NCBI RefSeq assembly: GCF_018350175.1
Contig: NC_058368.1
Coordinates: 52,019,815-52,083,814 of the forward strand
Length of the DNA: 64,000 bases
Direction of reading: 5' to 3'
Source: Felis catus
Taxonomy: Eukaryota
In this document: in pieces, positions 53,701 through 64,000 of the stretch
Layout: the number at the start of each line of letters is the position of its first letter
How positions within the stretch are numbered: the first letter of the stretch is position 1
Notes under the pieces: model-generated
What the model was told of the DNA's origin: nothing
Seen by the model: only the letters and a program-made list of their open reading frames with translations
Database searches by the model: none
Position numbers and translations under genes: made by a program

Positions 53701-55803
53701 TTAAGAGGCTTGGATTTATGGAGTGGCCAGTGGCAGATCAAAAGCAAACGCAAGGACCGTAGAGTTAACCTAGCGAATCTTTCATTGGCCAAGGCCGAGA
53801 GTTTGCCAACCATTTTGTCACAGGAATCCACGTGTGGAACAATAAATTGGGGCTGTGAACTCTTGAGTTTCCGGATTATTTGAATTATGCTATTGACCTA
53901 TTATGTAACTATGGCCAATGTTCTCATACAGGAAGAGGAACAACTTCACCCTTCTTTTTCATCTGAACAGTTATAAAAAAATATGATTATCAAAGTCCCA
54001 CTGTCCTTATGTTTTATGTGTAACATCTTTTGTCCACAAGCATCTGTCTGGTACTGACTGTTGCAGGCACGACACTAGGTGGGTGTTGAGGTATTAGTTT
54101 TATCTGTTAGTTGATTCTAGGTCATTCAGAGCTAATAGCCTATTAATACTTTTTAAAAGCTAACACTTTACATGTGCTTAATTGGTGCTCCTTCATTTTT
54201 TTTCTTTTTTCTTTTTTTTTTTTTTGCTTTAAATAAATGAATCTCAACATATCTAGGTTCCACTTTGGGTTCAAAGAGCTTCTGCCACTAGAATATCTCT
54301 AAATATTATAAAATGTTAGTAAAATATCTCAGTTACTTAACTGGAGATGAGGAGTGTTATTATCTTGGAAGAAATCAGACTCCCCTATCCAATGATACTT
54401 TTACTTCTTTTTTTTTTTTTAAATACATTTATCCGATACTTTTACTTCTAATGTTGCTCTATGTGCATAAACCTGCACTTACCGATCAGAAAATTATGAC
54501 TGCAAAAGTTAAATCTGATGGAGTTCCACTAACTTTTACTTATAACTATGAAACTAGTCAATTGCACATAAACTTGTTAATTACTAGAAGTAGTCTAAGT
54601 TTGGAAGTGAGGAAGGTAAGTTTGTTCAGAAAGATAGGGTGTCATAAGCAGAAAATGTCTGATTACCTGACAAGGTCACTTCACTCAAAACTCATTTGTG
54701 GGTTCAGTGAAGCAACTCCACATTTTTACATGCCAGCATTTAAATGTCAGGTATACCCTACCTTAACTAGTTAAACATTAAAGATCAGCGATTTTGCCTT
54801 TCAGAACTATGAAGGCAGGCTCATTGCCTCTAATAGTAGCTTACGAAATCTTAACAGCAAAGCCATTCAAAGGCACTCCACCACCGCTGGACATCTGATT
54901 ACATGTGGATCCTTATCAAACCAATGTCCATACCAATAACCTGTCTTCCAGTTCACAAGCAGATTCGTTTGCAAATGCAGTTTGCTTACACATAAAGGAA
55001 GTTACATTTGAGAATTAACCGTAATAGCTAAGTTACCCATGCCCATATAGCACTGAGAGTGAAATTGTTAAATGAAATCCAGAGATAGTTTAAAAACTCA
55101 TTATTTGCTCAAGAATTTTTAGTTGCTTGAGAAGTTAAAAGAAGTTAAGTAAATTTTAACTTGAACTTGCCACCAACCTTTGTTAAATACCACTGCCAAA
55201 CCAAACGAAGCCAAACGAACTAACTAACCAACCAATCAGCCACCAACAACATAAAACCTTCACGGCATCCAGAAGTATATCCCTGCTTTGCTGTTTGTAC
55301 ACAGTTGGGACAGCTTTGACATCAGTGCTACCGCAACTTACTAGTCAGATAGGTTTTCACAGGCAACAGACATATCGGTTACCCCATTCACCGCAGTCTA
55401 TACAAGGAAGGACACAACTAGCCTGTGAGTAAGAAGAGATTCATCCTCACATCATATACTTATAAATACTGGCTTTTGGTTCAGGTACATGTATATAGAC
55501 CATGTAAATATTGGCATGGTGATCCATGTATATACTAGAGATAGACATTAATACATGCATATCTGTATGGAGATGTTATATAAAATAGTGACCCAAACTA
55601 AGAGTACAACCATAACTTTGGGGCATAAAATAGAGATATCTATCAAAATCACAAATGCACATACCCTTTGATTTAGTAATTGTACTTCTAGAAATTTTCA
55701 GATATAGTCACACATGTGTGCAAAGCCATTTGTATGAATCTATTACTTGTAGTCACATTTATAATGGCAAAGCTGAAAAAAAAAAGCCCAAACAAATTTT
55801 CAT

Positions 55804-55807
<4 letters not shown>

Positions 55808-55850
<43 letters not shown>
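55808..55850. repeat. (AC)n perfect microsatellite
   Basis: About 21 uninterrupted AC units. Confidence 0.95.
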
Positions 55851-55851
<1 letters not shown>

Positions 55852-56632
55852 TTATTTTTTTCTTACTAGGTGCCAGGCACTGTGCCAAATGCTATTTACC
55901 TGTCTATTTATATGTGTTTATATGTGTATACACCTGTGCACAGAGATATAAAGATACATACATACTTTTAAATATCCGCTTTGGATGACTGCCTTTTCCA
56001 TTTTCATCTGGATGGACTTACATAATGCAACATGTTAGAGCCTTAGCAGACACTGCTGGGAAGGATAAGCCAGACTCCTTTTTTCAGCATATTTACATGA
56101 ATATGCATATGTGAAGTACTTCAACAGTTTCCTTTGTCTGGGTTTCCTATGATACCTCTGTGGCCTTCATCATAGGATTTCCTCTCAGCCATAGGATACC
56201 TGGTGAGAGGACTGATTCTACCTGAAAGTTTCCAGAGACCTAGTCTCTTGAGGTAGAACAGATCTATATCCTAAGGGTTGTCAGCACCTCCCTGTGAAGT
56301 CCTGTCCCATTCTACAGCAGTATCAGAGACTATGACATTTTAGGGTTTGTCAACTTTTTTGAATGCTAGATTTACTGAACTCCAGATTAATGTAATAGAT
56401 TCACATTGATGTCCCTTGGGTGTGCCAACAGATGGGTTAGGCGGGCTCTATGAAATTGCAAATGTTGTGTGTGTGTATGTATGAATGACATTTTTTTTGC
56501 ATTTTAATATATTATAATTATTATATCTATTAATTATAATATATGTCAATTGTATATAATATATACAATTAAATGGATCCTGAAAGATAATTGTAATGTC
56601 CCACAAAAACAAAATTAGAGATCATTAGTTTA

Positions 56633-56799
56633 GGGGTGCCTGGGTGGCTCAGTTGGTTAAGCATCTGACTTCAGCTCAGGTCATGATCTCAGGGTTCATG
56701 AGTTCGAGCCCTGCATCGGGCTCTGTGCTGACAGCTCAGAGCCTGGAGCCTGCTTTGGATTCTGTGTCTTCCTCTCTCTCTTCCCCTCCCCTGCTTGCA

Positions 56800-56830
<31 letters not shown>

Positions 56831-56850
56831 ATAAATAAACATAAAAAAAA
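56633..56850 (+). mobile_element. Can-SINE
   Basis: TSD ttagagatcattagttta / ttagaaatcattggttta. Confidence 0.93.
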
Positions 56851-57000
56851 TTTAGAAATCATTGGTTTAGAGATTAAAGTCTTCCAGTTTAGGATAAGTT
56901 TAAATGGCATTCATAATTCACTTAAATTACTTTGTGTTAAGTATAATACCTGATTATGCTGAGGTTCTAAATGCATTTTTAAAAACTTACTTATATGGTT

Positions 57001-57210
57001 GGGCGCCTGGGTGGCTCAGTTGGTTAAGCATCTGACGTTGGCTCGGGTCATGATCTCACAGTTCGTGAGTTTGACTCCCACCTCAGGGGAGCACGAACCT
57101 CACTTCGGGTGAGCTTGAGCCCTGCTTCTGGTGAGCCCCGCTTCTCTCTCTCTCTGTCTGCCCCTCGCTCACTTGTGCCCTATGTTTCTCTCTTTTTCAA
57201 AAAAAAAAAA
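57001..57210 (+). mobile_element. Can-SINE variant with repeated internal segment
   Basis: Standard head, atypical middle; TSD aacttacttatatgg. Confidence 0.88.
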
Positions 57211-59409
57211 TAACTTACTTATATGGCATCACAATTATTTAGGAGAATAAATGGCTTTTAACTAGTCTGAATTGGGTGTTTTTTGTAAAATAAAGCCTTT
57301 AAAATAACAGTGATGTTATCTATATTATGTACTACAGATCATCTGAAGGGGAATTTCAGGAGATAGAAATCTTCACATGACTCAGATTAAAGCTGGAAAT
57401 GTTTACCAAGTACCCTGCCGCGTGGCAGTGTGTCCTGTAATCCCACCAGGGCATGCAAATGAGGTTCTAAGAATACTGCATGCCAGAGAAGGGAATGCTG
57501 GGTCTGAGCTCACTCAGTGCAGAGGGACAGGGAAGGCCCCAGGTCTAGGAAGACTTAGAACCTTCCGGGTTCTAGGGCCCAGATGGCCCGGGTCCAAGCC
57601 GTAGTTTCACCACCGTCCAGTGGTGCGACATTGGGCAAGTTACTTCCTCACCTGTCCAACACGGAGTTTTCCTGTAAAACAGGGATGACAACAGTACCTC
57701 CTCCCTGGGGTTTGCTGCAATGATTTAGTGATACTGACCAAGAACCTAGTGCATAATAAATGGCAGCCATTATTATTACATTATGCTTCAAGCTACACAT
57801 GTTTACATGCAAGATAAAAATAAACTAAAAGCTACTATGTAGCATTCCACGTTGGCAAACTTGGCAATGGGACCTTATTCTTTGTGATGGATGTGTTTAT
57901 GACCAATATAGATGACTGGGGGGCCGGATTTGTACTGACTGTTTACTTCAGAAGTAAAAGCACAGTTTTAACAGATTGAATGGCTTCAGGCAAAATGATG
58001 CAATTTCCTAGGGAAATCATAAAAAAAACTGAAATGAAAGTAAAAACTGTGTGCCCTCCACGCCCCCCACCCCGGGAGTCAGATATTCTCTGGTTTATCA
58101 AATGTAATCATGTGATCAGAGAAAGTAAGAAAGTAAGAAAGTCCTCCCCAAGGAGACCTTTCACACAATTCTATGCAAGCCTAGCAAAACTGGATTGTAA
58201 TCTCCCTTTTCAGAAGGCTTTTCATTTCACTCATTTAAATATTTTGCAACATCCACTCTACAGTTTCTCAAGTTAGTTTTGATGAATTGAATTGAAATTC
58301 TTTTGTCAATTGGAACAGTAAGAGTTGGTCGTTGGGGCTGCTTAAGAAGTAAGTGCATCACTTCTGGCTCTAACAGAACTGTGACTGCATCTAAGGGACC
58401 ATTTTCAATTGCACCTCTCCCAGGAAACACTCAGACTTCATGAGAACAAGATGCCATGCAGTATTTTAGGATTTCTTCTATTTATCCTGCATTTGTGGGA
58501 GTGTTTCCTTCCAGAGCCTGGATCTTAATCCGAATCCTATATCTAAACTTCAGAAATTGCTAGAATTCCCTTAAAGTATGGTTATTTGGATTAGGATTAA
58601 AGGCATGTCTTATGGTGCTTCCTGCCACAAAGATCAAAACATCCCCTATCACCCCTTCTCAGCCTCCATGCCACATTTTCCCCCTTGTACTGAGCCCTGG
58701 ATTAGCTTCAGGCAAATTCCCAAAGCACATTCCCTTTCCCTTACACTTTGGTTCTGTTCTTAGGTGTGACTTTCTACTGCTGATCATGATGGGTAAGCAG
58801 AGTTTTAGATCCTTGCATGGGCTTTAAAAACTTTCTGGCTCTTTCACCCAGGCTCTTTTCCTTCACACCACAATACCCCAGTAGCTGGGCACTAACAGCC
58901 TCATTGTAGAGTTGAGGAAACTAAGGCCCAGAGATGTTGGGATGTGTCTAGAGTTCCAAAACAACCTGGAGTCAAATAGTGCGGGGGGTTTATGTTCTGC
59001 CCTAGCTCTCTGTGCCCGGTTCCCTGTGGTAATCACAATTAACGTTAGCAGCTGAAACCATTTAGAGACTTCACGCTGAGTGCTCTTTGGTTTGTTCTCA
59101 AGGTAATCAATGGGGGTACAGCTTGTACTTTGGACCTGACAGATTTGGGCTTGAATCCCACCTCCATCTCTTACTGTGAGGCCTCGAGCATCTTATCAAT
59201 CATCTGTAAAATGGAGAAATACCTACTTGCAGGCTGTCAAACGTAGTAAAGGGAAGTAACCCATCCTTTCCAGGGCTTGGCCCGCTGTAGACATGCACTA
59301 AAGAGCAGGTGCAGTGCAGTCATTCACAGCAGGTGAAGCGTGTTGGTGTACTCTCTAATCTGGTCTCTTTCTTCTAGCCCATTTGTTTCCTAAAAAACCC
59401 AATTCCAGC

Positions 59410-59571
59410 TCCTCTACTTTTAGGGCCCTCCACAAAAATGCCTCCCAAGGTTAGTGTGCATATGAATCGCCCAGGTATCTAAAGATGCGGATTCTGCTTT
59501 TGTAAGTCTCGGCCGGAGTTGCAGTTCTAACAGGCTCTCTGGTGATATCGGTCCTGCCAATCTGTGGACCA

Positions 59572-59610
<39 letters not shown>

Positions 59611-59840
59611 GACAGTGGGCCCAGTGAGCTAGGCTTAGGGACTAAATACTTCAGGACCAGTGGTTCTCAGAGTTTACAGTTCATCCTCATCACATGGAGG
59701 GCTTGTTAAAAATACATACTACTGGGCTCTATCTCAGAGTTTCTGAAATCAGTAGGTCTGAGGTGGGGCCATAAAATGTCTTTTCTAACATGTTCCCTCC
59801 CAAGTGATGCTGATCCTGCTGGTGTGGGGATTATACTTGC
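59410..59840. mobile_element. Two adjacent MER5-like fossils
   Basis: cagtggttctcaga...gggcttgttaaaa...tcagtaggtctgaggtggggcc...aagtgatgctgatcctgctggt, with a similar upstream copy. Confidence 0.7.
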
Positions 59841-60001
59841 TGGAGGCTTAGCCTAAGGTTACTGAAGACCAGTAGGGAATTTGTTTCCAATGCTAGCTGA
59901 CTTTTAGGAGGCTATGGATCTTCTAGAGTAAGCATCCCCCAAAGGCTCTTCCGTCTTCCTCCTCCTAACTAGGCACCCTCCCGTCAAAATTGGCCCTTTA
60001 C

Positions 60002-60481
60002 CTTGTAGACAGTGATGGGGATGTCAATGATGATGTGTAGCAGGTCTCCCAGAGCTAGGCTGGCTATCAAGATATTAGGGCCGTTTCGCATGCACTTGTT
60101 CTTGTAAATGATTCTCAGCAGTGTGGAATTCCCGATGATGCCCAGCACGAACACTAGACAGGACACCACCGTGTTGATATACTTGAAAGTCTCCTTGATC
60201 TCAATGGATCTCTCGCACGGAGGAGGCGAGCGTGGCCGGGCTCCGGTTGTTCTCCCTGCTTTAGGCATCTGCGGGGGTGCAGAAGTGGACGGCACGCTGG
60301 CGTTGGCATCCTTCGGCCAGGAAACCTCGGCGGGGGGCGTCATTATCTCTCCGGGTCCCGGAAGTGGCAGAGTGGCCCTGGTCGATGGGAATCCCCTCTC
60401 TTCTCCCTGGACCCCCGCCACGCCGCAGGCGATGACCAGCGCCAGCAGGGCGCGTCCGCGCAAGCTTGGCGGCGGCCGCAT
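60002..60481 (-). CDS. EDNRB: EDNRB coding exon 1 (signal peptide, N-terminus, TM1-TM2); 480 nt, aa 1-160
   Basis: Translates as [20 protein letters not shown]...[67 protein letters not shown], the ETB receptor sequence. ATG at 60481 in gcagcATG context; donor AAG|GTAAAG with G at 60001. Confidence 0.98.
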
Positions 60482-61900
60482 GCTGCTGCCTGCTCCAGTG
60501 GGCGTCGGGTGGCCGCTCTGCAGCTGTGAGTCTGGAGAACCGCAGGGAAGAAAGACTGGAAGCTTGGGGCAGCTACCCCAGCCACGCCCCTGCAAACCGC
60601 TAGCGCAGAGCGCAGCCGCGCGGCGAGCGTCCGCGCGCAAATGTAACTCAAGTTTGCGCGCCAGTGCTAAACCGGCGCGCGTGACACTCCTGAGTCTCTC
60701 GACTGTCCTTCCCGAACCAGCTTTCCCTGTGCTTTTTCCCTCCCTTGCGATCCCCCGGGGGATAAGTGACTCGCAGTGGGGCGGGGCATTCTGGAAGGGG
60801 TGTGCCAGAGAGAGAAGGCTGGGTGTCTAGGGCTTAGCTTTGAGCTCTTTGGTGCGTCCCGGGGAAGCACAGTCGTTCTGGCTAAGGGTGCGTGGGGACT
60901 GGGGGGATCAAGGCACCCAGAGGCCAAGGGCATATGCCAACCTCTGCATTTTGCTCCGCAGGGAACGCGGACACCCGGTGTCTGAACGTCGTCAAGACTC
61001 CTCCGGGTGGTGGAAGCCGCTACTCCCCAGCCGCCTGCGCTCGGATCGCCCCGGCGCCCGCCCGCCGGAGTGCGCCGGCTGACCCACACAACTCTTCCGA
61101 CTTGGGGGAGTGTCAGCATGAACTTCGAAGCGTCTGTCCCCTCTAAGTGGCTTCAAACTTTTATTTGCTCTCCTTTACTCCAACCTCATTTTAATTCATT
61201 GTATCTATGCGTCCTTTTTTTTTTTCTTTAATTAGATTTAAAAGTAGATATCCCCAAACTCCCAACCCAAGCTGAAGCCCCAGGACAAGGTTCAATGACT
61301 AATTTTAACTCAACACCAAGCCAGAATGTTTACCTCGCGAATGGGAAGCACCGGGAGCAAAGCGATGAGCGGGGACCTCCTTCCCGGGACGCTCGGCTCG
61401 CAGGTCGGTTCCAGCCCGCTCTAGGGGGCGAGCACGCCTCCCTTCAGGGCCGGGCCGTCCGGCTCTGAGGAAACGCCTAGGGAATGCCAGACGAAGTAGC
61501 CTCCACAGTTGCTCGGGGTCTCTGCCGTCCCGAGACAAGTACTTTTATTCATTCGTCCTTTCCCCATCAATCACCGCCAGACTCCTCCCGCGCCTTCCGA
61601 CCGCTCTGCAACCTTTCCCCCTGGGCGACGCCTGGACAGCATCAGCAGGAGCTGCCCGCTGGCCAGGGCAGTCCCCGGCCGGGGACGCGTCCGAGAGCCT
61701 GCTGCTTGTCAGCGTTCTGGGTTCTCCAAACCACCAGCCTAAACCAAGGACAAGTTTCCACGCACCAGACTAGAACGGGGTTCTGTATTGAACGAGTTAA
61801 CCTGGACTTTCAGTGCGGAAGGCGACTTCTCTTGCCTTTAAGTACCTATGCCGCGGTGATGTAGACGACCTGGTGAATTTGGGGGCTATGCTCTTTGCTG
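60100..61900. promoter_or_regulatory. EDNRB: EDNRB CpG island / TATA-less promoter and 5'UTR region
   Basis: Abrupt rise in GC and CpG content around exon 1. GC box GGGGCGGGG at 60778-60786, GATA-like GATAAG at 60761-60766, SOX-like motifs at 61197-61203 and 61291-61297. Confidence 0.9.
61334..61560 (-). other. EDNRB: Putative upstream alternative first exon of EDNRB (5' end unknown)
   Basis: Donor GAG|GTAAAC at 61334/61333, with a matching pyrimidine tract plus CAG acceptor in the 5'UTR at 60532/60531. Translated pieces resemble the recalled human long-isoform N-terminal extension. Confidence 0.7.
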
Positions 61901-62558
61901 GTTTTGGTTCGCCCTCAGATTTCAAGTCCACATCGCTCCCAACACAGAAAAGCTCTCTATTCGTTCTTCTCAAGCCCTGGTGCTGCCCTGGGAGAGGACT
62001 GGCATTCCTCCTTCATTTTTTCTAGCAGTGGCTACTCTTTCTTCCTGCTGTGCCCTCAAGTGTTTTGTTAGGCCACCTCGGGGTGGCCTACCCCACTGTT
62101 ATACTGTCGGGGGATTTGATACCTATAGGGTACATATAAATAATCAGAAAGCTGCCATTCAAATTCAAGGTGATTTCTTTTATCAGGCAGAGCGATAAAA
62201 TCCTTTCCGCCCATCTATTCTTGAACTCCCTTTTTATGGGGGTAGAGAGAAATAATGGTGAGTGGCAGTTTTAGCTGAAGATTGTATGAAACAGGCCAGA
62301 TATAGGCTGTGCAATGCACACTGGCTCTTCCTCTGCTGGACTCCACCCAACTAAATCCCTGTTCAATCTGTAACGTTTCATGCCCAGGAGGAACCATTCC
62401 GTGTAGAGATTCAGGCAGAGACTAGGTGGTTCATTCATGGCTTCACAGCTAATTGATAGCATAGCTGGGGCAGGAATCGTAGATTTTTGTTGTCTATGCA
62501 ATGCTTCCTGGGGAACTGGAAATAGGATGTCAATTTCTATTTAAAAGGGTGAATTTTT

Positions 62559-62740
62559 GGGGGCTCCTGGATGGCTCATCTTTGGCTCAGGTCATGTTCT
62601 TGCGGTCTGTGAGTTCGAGCCTGGCATCAGGCTCTGTGCTGACAGCTCAGAGCCTGCTTCGGATTCTGTGTCTCCCTCTCCACCCCTCCCCTGCTCGCGC
62701 TCTGGCTCTCTCTCTCAAAAACAAACATTAAAAACATTTT
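62559..62740 (+). mobile_element. Can-SINE upstream of the promoter
   Basis: TSD aaaagggtgaatttt on both sides. Confidence 0.9.
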
Positions 62741-63112
62741 TTAAAAAGGGTGAATTTTAAGTGTGAAATATGGTCTAAAGAACATAAGAAAAGCAAGCGT
62801 CAGGCTAAAGGAATGAGAAATGCGGTCTAGGGTTGTGCGTGCTAATTCCAAACCTGGCTATTTTGGGCGTAGTACTTATCCTCCCTGTCTGGGTAAAAAC
62901 AATGTCAGCATTTAATTGCTTCATAGCTGAGCTGAGTAAAAATATAGAGTGTTATGCGAATGAAGAATTATATGGGTGCATTTGGGAGTGTGAATATTCG
63001 CTGCTTTGGGTTTGCCCTTCTTACCCGAGACTTCTTATACTTCATTGTCCCTGCAGGGGAAGCCCCTTTCCTTCCATGTTCACCATCACCTTCATTCACA
63101 TTTGCTCCACCC

Positions 63113-63913
63113 GGTCCACACTAGAGTGAATACCCCCAACAAAGTGAGTCAAATGGATTTTTTAGTTTCCCAGTGTATACGAAAGTTATGTTTACACTAT
63201 ACTGTAGTCTATTGAGTGTGAGACAGACTATATCTATTCTATATCTGAAAAAAAAAGTACAGACCTTAATTGAAAAATACCTTATTGCTAAAAATGCTAG
63301 TCATCACTGGGCTTTCAGAGAGTAGTAATCTTTTTGCTGCTGGAGATGTCGATGGTTGCTGACTGATCAGGGTGGCGGTTCCTGAAGGCTGCGGTGGCTG
63401 TAGCAAGTTTTTAAAAATCAGACAGCAATAAAGTTTGCCACATCAGTGGACTCTTCTATTCAAGAACAATTTCTCAGTAGCATGTGACATCGTTTGTTAG
63501 CATTTTATCCACAGTAGAACTTCTTTCAAAATTGGAGTCAGTCCTCTCACACCCTGCTTTACCAACTAAGTTTATGGAATATTCTAAATGTCCTGTTGTC
63601 ATTTCAACAATGTTCACAGCATCTTCACCAGGAGTGGATTCCATTTCAGGAAACCTCTTATTTTGCTCGTCCATAAGAAGCAACTCTTCACCTGAAAAAA
63701 TTTTATCCTGAGAATGCAGCAATTCAAATGTCGTGATAATGAAAAAGTTTGAATTGCCAAAATGGGACAGGGAGACAGGAAGCGAGCAAACGCCATTGGA
63801 GAAATGGTGCCAATGGATTTCTTGACGCGGGATTGGCACAAACCTTCAATTTGTAAAAAATGTAGCATCTGCAAAGTGCAATAAAGTGCGGTGCAGTAAG
63901 TCAACGTATGCTG
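63113..63913 (-). mobile_element. Internally deleted Tigger1 DNA transposon
   Basis: The minus strand begins with the Tigger1 5' end (ctttattgcactttgcagatgctacattttttacaaattgaaggtttgtg). ORF 63474..63839 contains [35 protein letters not shown], typical of the Tigger1/TIGD1 C-terminal region. Confidence 0.9.
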
Positions 63914-64000
63914 GTAATCTAAGCCTCACTGAGATCTATCCCTTCTCTTTCAAGACTGTTAAACACAACTGAGCACTTGATCGCATTGAGACTTCCATGG

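Noticed and set aside
54313..54774. 153-aa ATG-initiated antisense ORF in intron 1
   Set aside because: No recognisable domain, runs through a T homopolymer, and has no exon or promoter context; most likely chance.
59574..59607. 34-nt poly-T as an orphan retroposed tail
   Set aside because: No TSD; it sits where the MER5-like end has a short T-run, so slippage expansion is the simpler explanation.
60482..60640. 53-aa N-terminal extension in ORF 59984..60640
   Set aside because: The ORF starts at TTG, not ATG. The signal-peptide-bearing start is the ATG at 60481, and the open frame upstream is expected in a GC-rich 5'UTR.
60108..60830. 240-aa plus-strand ORF and other ORFs across the CpG island
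   Set aside because: Antisense shadow of exon 1 in stop-poor GC-rich DNA, with no recognisable protein features.
63474..63839. Active transposase or TIGD1 gene
   Set aside because: Internally deleted Tigger1 retaining only a C-terminal fragment, without the DNA-binding or catalytic core.

Overview
Mammalian genomic DNA from a felid (dense Can-SINE/SINEC_Fc-type insertions). The one protein-coding gene is EDNRB (endothelin receptor type B, class A GPCR) on the minus strand. It has 7 coding exons (60002-60481, 44461-44573, 44122-44326, 42383-42532, 41847-41980, 41211-41319, 39637-39771), all with GT-AG boundaries, giving a 1326-nt CDS (441 aa, intact). A CpG-island promoter lies at ~60.1-61.9 kb and a ~2.2 kb 3'UTR runs towards ~37.4 kb. 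The rest (1-37 kb, the introns and 62-64 kb) is non-coding and dominated by SINEs, L1/L2, MIR, LTRs, MER5/MER58/Tigger1 fossils and microsatellites. I found no evidence of a novel multi-gene system. The best leads are: (i) recognisable but broken orthologues of the human EDNRB long N-terminal isoform (here a 43-codon uORF) and of the alternative C-terminal splice variant (here stop-interrupted, with a shifted acceptor giving an immediate stop); (ii) a few substitutions at functionally relevant receptor positions; (iii) several clear retrotransposition scars (retroposed LTR-like 3' end, twin-priming L1 inversions, SINE tails carrying source-flank sequence); (iv) long AT-rich palindromes. All human comparisons and repeat-family names are recalled from memory, not from a search.
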